A DNA stretch of 64,000 nucleotides from the human T2T-CHM13v2.0 reference genome, Homo sapiens: the NCBI RefSeq assembly GCF_009914755.1, contig NC_060928.1; one strand, given 5' to 3'. Shown here one piece after another: positions 40,629 through 54,830 of the stretch. The notes below the pieces were generated by a model, which saw only the letters and a program-made list of their open reading frames with translations, did not search any database and was not told the origin of the DNA. The translations under genes were made by a program, and so were the position numbers. Each line of letters begins with the position of its first letter. The first letter of the stretch is position 1.

Positions 40629-41044
40629 ATGTCCAGTTTTTTTCCCAAGTATGTTTGGCCTTTCCAATCTAGTTCTAATGCATCTCTTTATTCTCACCTT
40701 TTGACGATCTACCCCACTGCATTCACCTACAACTAGTTGAATGTCAGTAGAACTGCTTGTTCCTGATGTGCCTTTATCAATACTCCACATGAGAAATATC
40801 TGGTCTTTCTGCAAATGTGTTCTCAATCTCCTATGTGATTCCACTTACATGGAAAAAATGAATTTGTTTATATGGAGAGTAAAGTATGGAGTCAAATGTA
40901 ATTGAAGTATTAAAAGCTGGCCTTATTCTTACTTCATTTTCTATCTCCTTTTTCCACTCTTCTGTTGGTCCTCTTTGGTTTTATGCTATCTTGTTACATG
41001 TATCCTTCTAAAGTTAATTAAATAATTAAATACTTAATTTTTAA

Positions 41045-42802
<1,758 letters not shown>

Positions 42803-43609
42803 AACAAGATGGAATGTAAAAATATTGCTAATATTCAGTGCCTACACAGATATTGTTCTTATTGCAAAGGTTTCAATTATGAATAAATAGGCTGATTCAT
42901 ACTATCAAGGAGTTTATTGTAATGAAGCAACCTTACATACCTGTATTATGGAATTTATCATATTGCATTTTAAATTAGTGATCCACATTTATGACTCTTT
43001 AGCTGGACAGTAAGCATGAATATCAAGAATATTAATTATCCATCTATTCATCCCGAGGACCTAGCACAATGCCTGAAATAATAAATGTTTTAAAAAGAAA
43101 GAAGATATTGCAAAAAAATAAGATGTAGTTTATCTTAGTCAGGGAGGACCAAGTAGATAATTTACACATTTAGACAACTGATCTCTGATGGATCAGAATG
43201 AGATAATTAAATTAATTTAAAGTATAACTTTTAAAATTATGGAATCTCAGGTCATCTGGTCAGCAGCCATTTTATGTCTGATAGCAATCATGTTTTACTT
43301 TCTTTAGGTATTGAAACCTTTCCTTCATCTCTGTGAAGTTCTAGGAAATAGGCTGTTGTACTGTAGATAGTCTCACACCAAACGTTACTCTAACCCTGTA
43401 TACAGTAAGTAATAGGATCAAGTGTTTCAGTGAATGGTCAGTACTTAATCACTGTCATTTTGTCTCATAATACGTCACTTTATCTTGCTCATTCAATTTA
43501 ACTTTGACAAGAGATAGTGTTTTCCCATATTTTAGTAGTGTTATAGCCAACAGGGATGATGAATGAGTTTCCTGGTTCTGCTTCTTACATATTGTCCACC
43601 CTCTAGGTT

Positions 43610-44137
43610 GTAATTTAGTCTTTTTTCTCTCTTTACTGTCTACATCTCTCTGCTCTTTCATTTGCTCTCTTGAATTCAATTATATTCTATACACAGATTA
43701 TCCTCAACTCTAAATCTCAAACTAAAACCATCTCATTTAGATTCTATAGATTCAACTTCTTGCGTGTGTCCAATATAGGTGATATCAATCTCTGTAACAT
43801 TGAGCTCATCTTCTTTGGTCCTAGTTATATGCTTCTCTTCCTCATCACCTGTTTCAACAAACGTGTCCACCATCATTATTTTAATAGCTGATTAACCATT
43901 ATTTCATTTTTATGCCCTATTCATTGCCAAATTCTTTCTGGAACTTCTGGAATCTTCCCAGAATGCAAAGCTAAATATTTAGTTTGTTTGCTTAAACCTT
44001 TGCAATGGTCTCCCTCACTTTTAGAACAAAGTTTAAATCACTTTGCACAATTTATCTTACCCTATAAGTTTAGCCACTGCTTACCTCTCTATTTTCCACT
44101 CAGATAGTCATGGCTCAAATGACACACACATACTCTT

Positions 44138-44211
<74 letters not shown>

Positions 44212-44630
44212 CCTCTCTCTCTCTCTCCTCTTACCCCCATCCCCACTACACACCCCTGGGACTATGGAGGTTCTTCCAGTGAAGAAGTCCTATTTTCTTT
44301 TTCTCTTTATCTTCATGATTGCTAGGAATTTTTTGTAGAAATCTCAGTCTAACCTAACTAATCTCTATTTATTTTCAGGTTTATGATTAGACATCCCTTT
44401 CTTCTGTAAATGATTTTTAAATTGCTCATTATAAGTGTGGTACCTGTTAATCATCTTACTATATGCTTCTATGGATTGTGGTATGCCTACTTTTGTACTG
44501 TGTTATAATTTCCTATTTGCCATTATGAAAAGAGCCATTTCTATTGGATCAGCATTATATTTTTCACATTTAGTTCAGCAATATTCGCAAATGATAAAAT
44601 GGATAGTTAATATTCACTAGATGGATATCA
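43610..44630 (+). mobile_element. Old L2 LINE fragment(s)
   Basis: Degenerate L2 motifs (TGCTTAAACCTTTGCAATGG..CCC, TTTAGAACAAAGTTTAAA, CTCTTCCTCATC). Boundaries are approximate. Confidence 0.5.
44133..44228. repeat. (CT)n microsatellite / polypyrimidine tract
   Basis: About 95 bp of interrupted CT repeat. Confidence 0.95.
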
Positions 44631-45904
44631 AATGAAGGCAAGATGCTGGATACTTCTGGTTTAGAACGAAATTAGCTAATATAACAGATCCTATATTTAA
44701 ACCAACAGGAACCCAATTTTCTTATTCTTGCTAAGACACAGACAAATTTGTTTAAAATTTCATATCTCCATGCGAAAATCTAACCAAGCATCCACGTTAT
44801 AAATCTGGGATGATACTCACTCAGGAGGACAAAAGCAACTATGCTAATACAAGGAAGAAGAGATTTTCTGAGATCTTTGAATAAATTGTTGAGCCACCAG
44901 CACAAAATTATTAGCCTTGGGCTTCCTACCAGATAAAATATAAATAACCTCAATGGTGTAAACTATTGTCTACAGAACATTTTGTTATTTCATAACAGAC
45001 ACACCATTCCTCAGCCTTTTTAAATATAGTACCTAGTAGTGTGCCTAGACCGTAGTCAACATTAAATAAAATACGTTGAATGAAAAGTATAAGAAATGAT
45101 ACCTTTCAGCATTTGCATATAACTGAATAATCACAATCTTTCCCACATTCAAATTGATGTGATGTAAATAATTACTGTTATTTGAAAACCTAAAATACAA
45201 TAGTATAGACACATAATACTAGTTCAGTCATTCTGTTGACAATTAGATACTAGCAAGTAAATAAAAAGAATTGAGTTGCTAGTTAATTATCAGTCAATAG
45301 CACAATTGCATTCAAACAAGAAGACTGAGGCTAATCAATTGTACCTGAAACAGTTAATTGTATATTCATCTTGATAATGATATTACATTTAAATAGTAGG
45401 TACCCATATTTATGTGTAATAATTACATATAAAGCTGAGAATTACAAGGCTTTTAAGACTATATTTCCTTCTAGAAATTTGATTAGGAAATATATTAACA
45501 ATGTAAATAGCACTTTATTCATAAGGTTGCAATAAATAAACTTTTGATTTTGTCATCTTCACAAAAGTGATTCCATTTACTTATAATTTGTAAATAACTT
45601 TAAATTAAATCTTACTTTTATTATCATGTCTCTTCGAAATAGAACTAAGTCATTAGAAATAATAGCTATGAGCACTAACAGCAGGAATTACATATATCCA
45701 GCTCCCTCCTTTTGAGTAAATTCCCATTTTTTTAAACATAAAAATATATTTATATTAAATATATATATTAACATATATATAATATGTAGAATACATTTCT
45801 AGTAAATACATGCAAATTGACTTGATGGTAGGAATTGGTTTCAAGAAAAACTATATTTTGATAGGATTGGGAATTGTTTCATTTTCTTTGATCTGTAACG
45901 ATAC

Positions 45905-47576
45905 TTTTTTTTTTATTATACTTTAGTTCTAGGGTACATGTGCACAATGTGCAGGTTTGTTACATAGGTATACATGTGCCATGTTGGTTTGCTGCACCCA
46001 TCAACTCGTCATTTACATTAGGTATTTCTCCTAATCCTATCCCTCCCCCCTCCCCCCACCCCTCAACAGGCCCCGGTGTGTGAAGTTCCCCTCCCTGTGT
46101 CCATGTGTTCTCATTGTTCAGCTCCCACTGAGAACATGCGGTGTTTGGTTTTCTGTCCTTGTGATAGTTTGCTTAGAATGATGGTTTCCATCTTCATCCA
46201 CGTCCCTCCAAGGGACATAAACTGATCCTTTTTTGTGACTGCATAGTATTCCATGGTGTATATGTGCCACATTTTCTTAATCCAGTCTATCACTGATGGA
46301 CATATGGATTGGTTCCAAGTCTTTGCTATTGTGAATAGTGCCACAATAAACATAGGTGTGCATGTGTCTTTATAGTAGCATGATTTATAATCCTTTGGAT
46401 ATATACCCAGTAATGGGATCATTGGGTCAAATGGTATTTCTAGTTCTAGATCCTTGAGGAATTGCCACACTGTCTTCCACGATGGTTAACTAATTTACAC
46501 TCCCACCAACAGTGTAAAAACATGCCTTTTTCTCCACATCCTCTGCAGCATCTGTTGTTTCCTGACTTTTTTTTTTATTATACTTTAAGTTTTAGGGTAC
46601 ATGTGCACAATGTGCAAGTTAGTTACATATGTATACATGTGCCATGCTGGTGTGCTGCATCCATTAACTCGTCATTTAGCATTAGGTATATCTCCTAATG
46701 CTAACCCGCCCCCCTCCCCCCACTCCACAACAGTCCCCAGAGTGTGATGTTCCCCTTCCTGGGTCCATGTGTTCTCATTGTTCAATTCCCACCTATGAGT
46801 GAGAACATGCGGTGTTTGGTTTTTTGTCCTTGCGATAGTTTACTGAGAATGATGATTTCCAATGATCACCATTCTAACTGGAGAGAGATGGTATATCATT
46901 GTGGTTTTGATTCGCATTTCTCTAATGACCAGTGATGATGAGCATTTTTTCATATGTCTGTTGGCTGCATAAATGTCTTCTTTTGAGAAGTATCTGTTCA
47001 TATCCTTTGCCCACTTTTTGATGGGGTTGTTTCTTTTTTTCTCATAAATTTGTTTAAGTTTTTTGTAGATTTGGGTTATTAGCCCTTTATCGGATGGGTA
47101 GATTGAAAAGATTTTCTCCCATTCTGTAGGTTGCCTGTTCACTCTGATGATAGTTTCTTTTGCTGTGCAGAAGCTCTTTAGTTTAATTAGATCCCATTTG
47201 TTAATTTTGGCTTTTGTTGCCATTGCTTTTGGTGTTTTAGTCATGAAGTCTTTGCCCATGCCTATGTCCTGAATGGTACTGCCTAGGTTTTCTTCTAGGG
47301 TTTTTATGGTGTTAGGTCTTACATTTAAGTCTTAATCCATCTTGAGTTAATTTTTGTATATAATGTAAGGAAGGGATCCAGTTTCAGCTTTCTACAAATG
47401 GCTAGCCAGTTTTCCCAGCACCATTTATTAAATAGGGAATCCTTTCCCCATTGCTTGTTTTTGTCAGGTTTGTCAAAGATCAGATGGTTGTAGATGTGTG
47501 ATGTTATTTCTGAGGCCTCTGTTCTGTTCCATTGGTCTATATATCTGTTTTGGTACCAGTACCATGCTGTTTTGGT
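45905..47576 (-). mobile_element. L1PA6-like LINE-1, 5'-truncated, containing a nested younger L1
   Basis: Antisense 3' UTR TTCTAGGGTACATGTGCACAA...GTTGGTTTGCTGCACCCATCAACTCG. ORF2 relics include [15 protein letters not shown]...WIKKMWHIYTMEYY and [34 protein letters not shown]. Confidence 0.95.
46572..46863 (-). mobile_element. L1PA2/3-like ~290-bp 3' end nested in the older L1
   Basis: A second 3' UTR with young diagnostics (GTTAGTTACATATG, CATTTAGCATTAGG, CAGTCCCCAGAGTG, TTTACTGAGAATGATGATTTCCAAT) interrupts CCTGACTTTTT|AATGATC of the host ORF2. Confidence 0.92.
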
Positions 47577-48111
47577 CTTTAAAATTTTCTATTCTTAGAG
47601 GAAAATTAGAACCCTTAAGCCACAATAGAATCCCTCACTTTCTAGAACGATCTATTTTCTCCTTTCACTATACTTCTGATTTTCTTTACATGGTAGGACT
47701 TATGAAATAAATAGCATAGCTGAGGGTGGTGGGTGAAGTGAAGATATGGAAGACCCACAAAAAAACAGCTGAAAAGGTGTCCCTGTATCAACAACCCTTT
47801 ACTGCAGTTTTTCCACTGAGCTAGTTTAAATAGGCTTATTTACAAGAGAATGCTAGATATATGACAAAGCAAATACAATTATTAATGCCTTTAAAATGCA
47901 AAGATGAGTTAATACACATACTTGTCTTAATTTTTTTTAAAGGACAGATTTCAAGAACAACTGTATTGCTGTTTCTCTTTACTCAATGATACTTAACTGG
48001 AATGCAAAGTAAGCATTAATATTAAACAAATAAGGTTTTGTCATCTGGGCTGCCCCCGGTACTGTTTCTTTTCCAGTAAAGGCAAAGCAGAACAGAACAA
48101 TGCATGCATGT

Positions 48112-48112
<1 letters not shown>

Positions 48113-48149
<37 letters not shown>

Positions 48150-48151
48150 AG
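48113..48151. repeat. (CA)n microsatellite
   Basis: About 16 pure CA units plus an interrupted extension. Confidence 0.95.
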
Positions 48152-48593
48152 AGGAAGATTTGTTAATAAAGACTAAAACTGTGTATTCAACAGAAAATGT
48201 TTTTGAAAATGAAACCCCAGAAGATTGTACACCCAATATCGACTTCTAGTCACATTGTAAAATGCATGTCACCCAGAAAACAAATAAAATATTACAATGT
48301 AAAGTTACTTTGTGTTTCATAATATTTCTACATTTAAGGAAATCTGTAGCTACCTTAAAAACAAAAGTGAATCGTAAGTCTTCTAGTGGGAAGAAATAAT
48401 CTATTTTTCTCATATTATTTTTCCTTCTAGTTTTAAAATTTATTTTTCATAATGATACATGCTGGTAACTTTGCAGATTCTTTTTCTTTCCTTGTTTGTT
48501 TTAATGTTGTCACTTTGTGCCTCCATCTGGTAATAATAATTACTATGATATAATTAGCATTATAATGATGATGCTAATGACAGTGACTATCCT

Positions 48594-48822
48594 TATAGCT
48601 AACTCTTATTGGGTATGTAATATGTGTGCTAGACAGTGTTCTGAAATCATCACCGTTATTAACACTGTACTTTTCAGAGAATTCTGGGAAGTGGGTACTG
48701 CTAAAGATGAGTAAATGGAGACACAAGTTAACTAACCTGTTTAAAGTCACACAGTAAAAACATGAAAGGGCTAAGATTCAAATCTGGGCTTCAGAGAGTG
48801 TGTTCTTGTTTACTACCCTATC
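48594..48822 (-). mobile_element. MIR SINE
   Basis: ATAGCTAACTCTTATTG...GTGCTAGACA.TGTTCT...AGATGAGTAAA..GAGACAC..GTTAA.TAACCTG...AAGTCACACAG...GATTCAAATCTGG. Confidence 0.7.
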
Positions 48823-49814
48823 CTGTCTCTTATAAGCAAGATTTCCTTGGCAAAAATTAATGATCATAATAATCAAATAAGAATAGACTTTGAAATCCAT
48901 TAGTTTAGAAACAACTTGTATAATACAAATAAAAAATCTAAAGTCAGTTTGACCTTACATTACATTCTAATTCCACTACATGGTCAATTTACTTAACCCC
49001 AAATCGGGAGCCTCAGTCAACTCATGTTATACAGGAATAATACAATAATCTTTATTTAGCAAGACTCTTGAGTATTATTGATAATGAATCTACTGTGCCT
49101 GTCAAAATTATATTACTTTTTTATTTTTCTATGTTTTTTCTGTATTTTCTAATTATTCTGAAATGACCATATGTTACTTACATTAAATTCATATAAATGT
49201 TATTAAACTGAACATAATATTTCATTTGCAGAATGAACTAAAAAGTCTAGTTGCTATTTAAAATAAAAAATAAAGATTGTAGAGCTTTTCATTCTCTGAA
49301 TTATTATATTATTAGCAGATTAATATTGACAAACCAGAGTCTCATATTATCACACATACAGAATTTTTTTAACTGGACATGCAAAGTAGTAATTGGCTAT
49401 ACCTTGTCCTACCCCGCATAAATATCTCCTCTACACCATCACTGCTTTCAAGACAGAAGAGTTAACTTTAATGTGAGCATTGGCCGGCTCATCTTTCAGG
49501 CTTCTTTTCAATCATTTATGATTATTTTATCTAGTTACTTTCTCATTTATTTCTCCAGTTATGCCACAAACTATAACCTCCAGACATTTGCCACAAGTTA
49601 AACAGCAAATTAGGTTATTAATTAAAAACACTAATTCCAAATTGCCCAGCCAACAACATGCTACCAAATTATGCCTTAGACATCAGAAATGGAAACAAAA
49701 AATTTGTATCAACCATTTTAAATTTTATATCCTTACTAATGAGATAAGTTAAAATATTTTGGTATAAAAGTTATGTGAAGATAGTTGTTTTTAAGGAAAT
49801 AAAAATTCCTTACA

Positions 49815-49895
49815 TTACATACGTAACTATATGTAACTATATGTACACAATTATATGTGTATATATATATATACACACACACACATATATATAGC
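49815..49895. repeat. Compound (TA)n/(CA)n low-complexity repeat
   Basis: GTAACTATAT x2 followed by TATA and CACA runs. Confidence 0.8.
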
Positions 49896-50199
49896 TATGT
49901 GAACATAGGTGTATAATTTAAACATATTTAGTAAGGTTATACATAAAAATGTTTCATATATGTTAATCCAAACATTAGCTAATGATGAGACATTTTATTT
50001 AATGATTCCATGAATTCTTGACTCCATGATTTTCTAATATTTTATTTAATGTAATCAGCTGAAATGCTTTGAGTTGTCAGCAATAGAAATCCCAAGCTCA
50101 AAGCCTATATAATCTTAGAAAATTTTTAGAAGACACATTTTTAAAGTCTGCATTAAAGAGACATTCGCAGTAGTAATTAGACATTTATTTAAATATGAA

Positions 50200-50545
50200 G
50201 GCCAGGCATGGTGACTCATGCCTGTAATTCGAGCACTTTGGGAGGCCAAGACAGGAGGATCCCTTGAGGCCAGGAGTTTGAGACCTAGCCTGGGCAACAT
50301 AGTAAGACCCTGTCTCTACAGACAAAACCAAAAACCAAACAAACCAACAACAGCAACAACAAGAAAACCATTAGCTAAGCTTGCCTAATCTAGAGGGTGA
50401 GATGGGAGGACCATCACTTGAGCCCAGGAGTTCAAGGCTGCAATGACCTAGGATCGCACCACTGCACTACAGCCTGAGTGACAAAGTGAGACCCTGCCTT
50501 AAAAAAAAATAAAAATAAAAATAAATTAAATAAAATAAAATTAAA
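50200..50545 (+). mobile_element. AluJ SINE with (CAA)n linker, partial right-arm deletion and (AAAAT)n tail
   Basis: J diagnostics (GGAGGATCCCTTGAGGCCAGG, CAACATAG, GAGCCCAGGAGTTCAAGGCTGCA). Confidence 0.9.
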
Positions 50546-51496
50546 TTAATATAAAGAAAATAAAATAATATGTTATATTGTTGATAGATTTGCATGAGAA
50601 CCAAAAACATAGTTTTTTGAACTGGTTTTATTCTACTTCAACAAGTGTCTTTGTCTACACTTAAAATTCTGCAGCATATTTTAAAATACGTCCTTTACAG
50701 AGATCTGATTTTTTTCTTCAATGAACATTATACATTGTTTAATTTAAAAGATAATGGGAAGGCATTATTCTGTAAAAGACAAAATGAAGGGATTTTAATG
50801 CAAATGTCAAGTTGCCTGTGTCTAGGATATAAGGATCTTACAACTTTAAATTCTATTTTCTTCTCACAGGTTCCTTAATTAAAGATAACGTTTAATCTGT
50901 TACCAAAGTCATATATGACTTTTTGAACAGTTCTGTCAGTGGCACCTACAAGACATACTTAACATTAAATAGAACGACAAGATAATCAATTACAAGGTCT
51001 TGGAAACAAACCAACACACAAACCCAGAGGTGATTTTACAAATACACCTGTAGCAAGCTGGACAAATGCCAGAGTTAAATAACAACAGAATAGTTAAGGA
51101 AACGCTTTGAATGGAGGTGAGTGAGCTTATCAGAAGGCACTTATATTTGCCCTTCTGTTTTGGGAAAATTTTGTAACTGCCAGGTAATAAATTGTTCATC
51201 CATCTGAATTTTTTTTTCAGAAGCCATTGCAAAGCCAGATGTTTCCAATATCCAGAATTCTGTTGCAAGCATAAAAGACTTAGGACACTTAGTCAGCATT
51301 TCACTTTCAGAAGTTTTGAAGGAAAAATATTCATGTAGTATTGTATTCCTGACAGAGATCTGCTATTTTTAAAATACATACGGCTGTATTTTCTGCCACA
51401 CATTTTGCTAAAAACACCAATGTTCAAAACAACTACAGACATTATGATATAAAGGAGGAATTCATATTTGAAATAAGCAGTAAAATCTTCAGCTCA

Positions 51497-51786
51497 GGCC
51501 GGTTGCTGTGGTTCACGCCTGCAATCCCAGCACTTTGTGAGGCCAAGGCGGGCGGATCACGAGGTCAGGAAATCGAGACCATCCTGGCTAACACGGTGAA
51601 ACCCAGACTCTACTAAAAATACAAAAAATTAGCCAGGCGTGGCTGTGGGCACCTGTAGTCCCAGCTACCCAGGAGGCTGAGGCGGGAGAATGACGTGAAC
51701 CCGGGAGGCAGAGCTTGCAGTAAGAAGATCGAGCCACTGCACTCCAGCCTGGGAGACAGCGCAAGGCTCCGTCAAAAAAAAAAAAA
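51497..51786 (+). mobile_element. AluY SINE
   Basis: ATCGAGACCATCCTGGCTAACACGG and CGTGAACCCGGGAGG.AGAGCTTGCAG. TSD AAAATCTTCAGCTCA (51482-51496 and 51787-51801). Confidence 0.95.
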
Positions 51787-54299
51787 AAAATCTTCAGCTC
51801 AAAATGTTATTGTTGTAATACATTAACTTGCTTATATCACTCATATTAGGATCATACACATTTTATCAGTCTCTGTTCTTCCTTTCATAGAAGCAGAGGT
51901 ATTTTGCCACAGAACGATCTTCCATGAAATAGCCACCTCTGTTTTGCAAGATGAAATACCCTAAGCATGTTGTTAACCACCTTAATCTCTTTGGCTCACT
52001 TGATATTTTTTCTCCCTCTCTCCCTCTCTCTCTCTCTCTCTCCCACCACCCCCTTCCCGCCCACCCGCGCCCCCTCCTTCTCTGTCAGACTCTTAACTCA
52101 ATGGACCAGAATCTGGTGGTGGCACGTGAGATCAATTTGAGGGTCATGATGAGACCAAAAGTTGGAGTCCTAAGACAGAGACTGTGGGAGACATGCAGTC
52201 CAAATACGATTATAATTTAATAAAACCCTAGGAGCGAAAAAAGTTTCAAGAAGTATTTAGGAGGAAAAACAATAGACACTGGCGACTGGTTGCAAAAACA
52301 TTGAGGTTTTTCACTCATTGACATTCAAAAACTCAAGATCTTCTAACCCATTTACTCTCTTTTCTGGACGTGAGACAAATCCTCCCACATTGTGCAGGAA
52401 GTCTTTGTGTGGCATTCATGAAGTTACTACAATGGAGAAGAATATCGAGGTTCAAAATAGATTGATGTGTCTCTTGATTCAGTCTTCTTCAGTGCTTAAT
52501 TTACATATGGTCTTCTTGCCTTAACTAAGGGAAGTGATAGAGCTTTCTGTGTCAAATAAAATCAGTTGTATTTTCATAGTGCCTATTAAATTTGACAGGT
52601 AAAGAGATGATGCTTTCAGAATAAAGGAAGAGAAGTCTAGGGCATTGAATCCTAAAATGACCTCTAGAGTACAGCTGAACAATATCATATAACTTTATTT
52701 TTGTACCTAATAAAGTAGAAAGATCTGCTGAGGTGTTTTTTATTACATTATGATTTATAATCAGCATCATTTGCTTGCTTCTGTGACAACAGAATTTTCC
52801 TTCTACCCTTTCACTCTTAACATCTAAGCTGCTTGATCTATTGTACATCATTTTGTCTTTTAATAACCAATCACAAACTTAGTCTTAGCCATAAGTCTAA
52901 CTTTTATCCTTAAAAAAATTTACTAAAGGTAGACTGTCATCATGGTCACATTAATTGTAATGTTCTTGCCTATAATTACTTTTTCTCTTATTACTACTAG
53001 AAAATTTATCTGAAATTTGGAAATAGGCAAAAGACATTACTAGGCATGTTGTCAGTGCAATCCTGGACTTTATTTTGTCTTGGCTAGGCCATTTTACAAC
53101 TTGGTAGGGCATTTAATTTATAGATTTTTGGCTAGGATAAAGACAAATTATTTTGGTTAAGCAAAACATACAATCCCAGATATATAATTTTTTTTACCTT
53201 GTTGTATTATAATCATTGATGTAGCTTACCCAGCAATCTGATCCTCCTGTACTCAAGCTTCTCAAATGCTTTTTGAGTTGGTTTTAAGCTCTCGCTATTT
53301 CCTTCATTATATAGTTGAATAAAATCTTATAACCTGTGTTCTTGTTTATGTGCATGAGAGTCTTAATTGTATCCTTTAAAAATATATTTTGACAATATTG
53401 CTCATTAAGCTACAAGCTCTATGAGAATAGTGTAAAATTGTTTTTAAAAATCTTAACGTTTAAGATAATATCTCTTAGTCTAGTGATATATATGTCCTTA
53501 ATTACATAAATAAATATGTTAAGTGTAATATGAGGAAAGTGTAATGTAAATTATATACTTGTATTTATCATCGTGGTACAGACTGTGTAAAATTACTGCA
53601 ATCAATTCTAGGTATCACAGCAATCATTTCATGACACAGTGAAGTTTCCAGAAACAATAACATTAAGAACTCCAGTTGCTAAATCGTGTAAAGAAACATA
53701 AACAGCAAAAACATAACATGATTTGTTGATGTGTATATGAGTACAGATGTACAGCCACAGAAAAGTAGATATGTACACTGTGGTATATTCACACAGTGGA
53801 GTGTTATACAACAAAATACATATGAATGTTCACAAATCTATTTTTTCTAAATGCTCCATTAATTCATATGCATATGTATAAGTAATATACAATAAGAAAG
53901 AGAAATTACTGCTTTGTTTTCTAAATACTGAATAGATTATTTATGTTATTCTGAAGTGCAATGGTTAGTTACGTATATGAATGTGGTATAATGACCTTAT
54001 ATCAAAATGAGGTCCAGAACTCTATGTGTATCGTTCCAATACTGAGAATCATCCATAGAAGACTGAATATTAAGTCATTTTCTAGATAAAATATTGCTTT
54101 ATTAAAATGATTGTTCTAGTGATATAAGCATTACACATGTATATATGTTATATATACCATATAACTATGTAACGTTGCAACACTTAGGCTGAAACAAACT
54201 ATTTAATAATATTTTAATGATGAAATCAGTGCAAATATGACAACTATCCAATGGAGAAAACGTAAATTCAGAGGCACTCTCCTATGTTGGAAACTGTGG

Positions 54300-54830
54300 C
54301 TAGACCTTCACAGGAAAGGAAATATGTGAAGTTAGATGTTCGGCCTTATTAGTAATTAGAAAAATGTTTAAAATTAACCTGAGATTCAATTTTCCAATCA
54401 TTTAACTGATAGAAAAACCTATAAATTAAAAATGAAATATGTCAATAATAAGCATTGGAAATGATGTGGATTTACAAATTACGTGGGGTACAAATTGGTA
54501 TAAACACTTTGGAAAAGACTTTGGCATTAACCGCTTAAGTTGAACATTCATATACCTTATAACCAAGCACTTCAAATTCTAGGCATATGTATGTGAATAC
54601 TCTTTCACATGTTTAGTAGAAGATGTGTAAATGGCTGTTCACAGAACCAGATCACAGAACACACCAGAGTTCTCTAATATGAACACTGTGATATATTTAT
54701 ACAATAGAATGTTACATAACAAAGAAAACAAATGAACTACGTAGCATGGGACAACATGGAGGAAGCTTGAGCATATACAATTAAATTAAAAATTAAGTCA
54801 CCAAAAGATGGCTTTTTATTAATATAATAA
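54300..54830 (+). mobile_element. Old L1ME-like ORF2 3' / UTR fragment
   Basis: AAATTGGTATAAACACTTTGGAAAA...TTTGGCA, CCAAGCACTTCAAATTCTAGG.ATAT and GTGATATATTTATACAATAGAAT.TTAC...AAATGAACTAC. Confidence 0.65.

Noticed and set aside
44043-44325. Leu-Ser repeat ORFs
   Set aside because: Translation of the (CT)n microsatellite.
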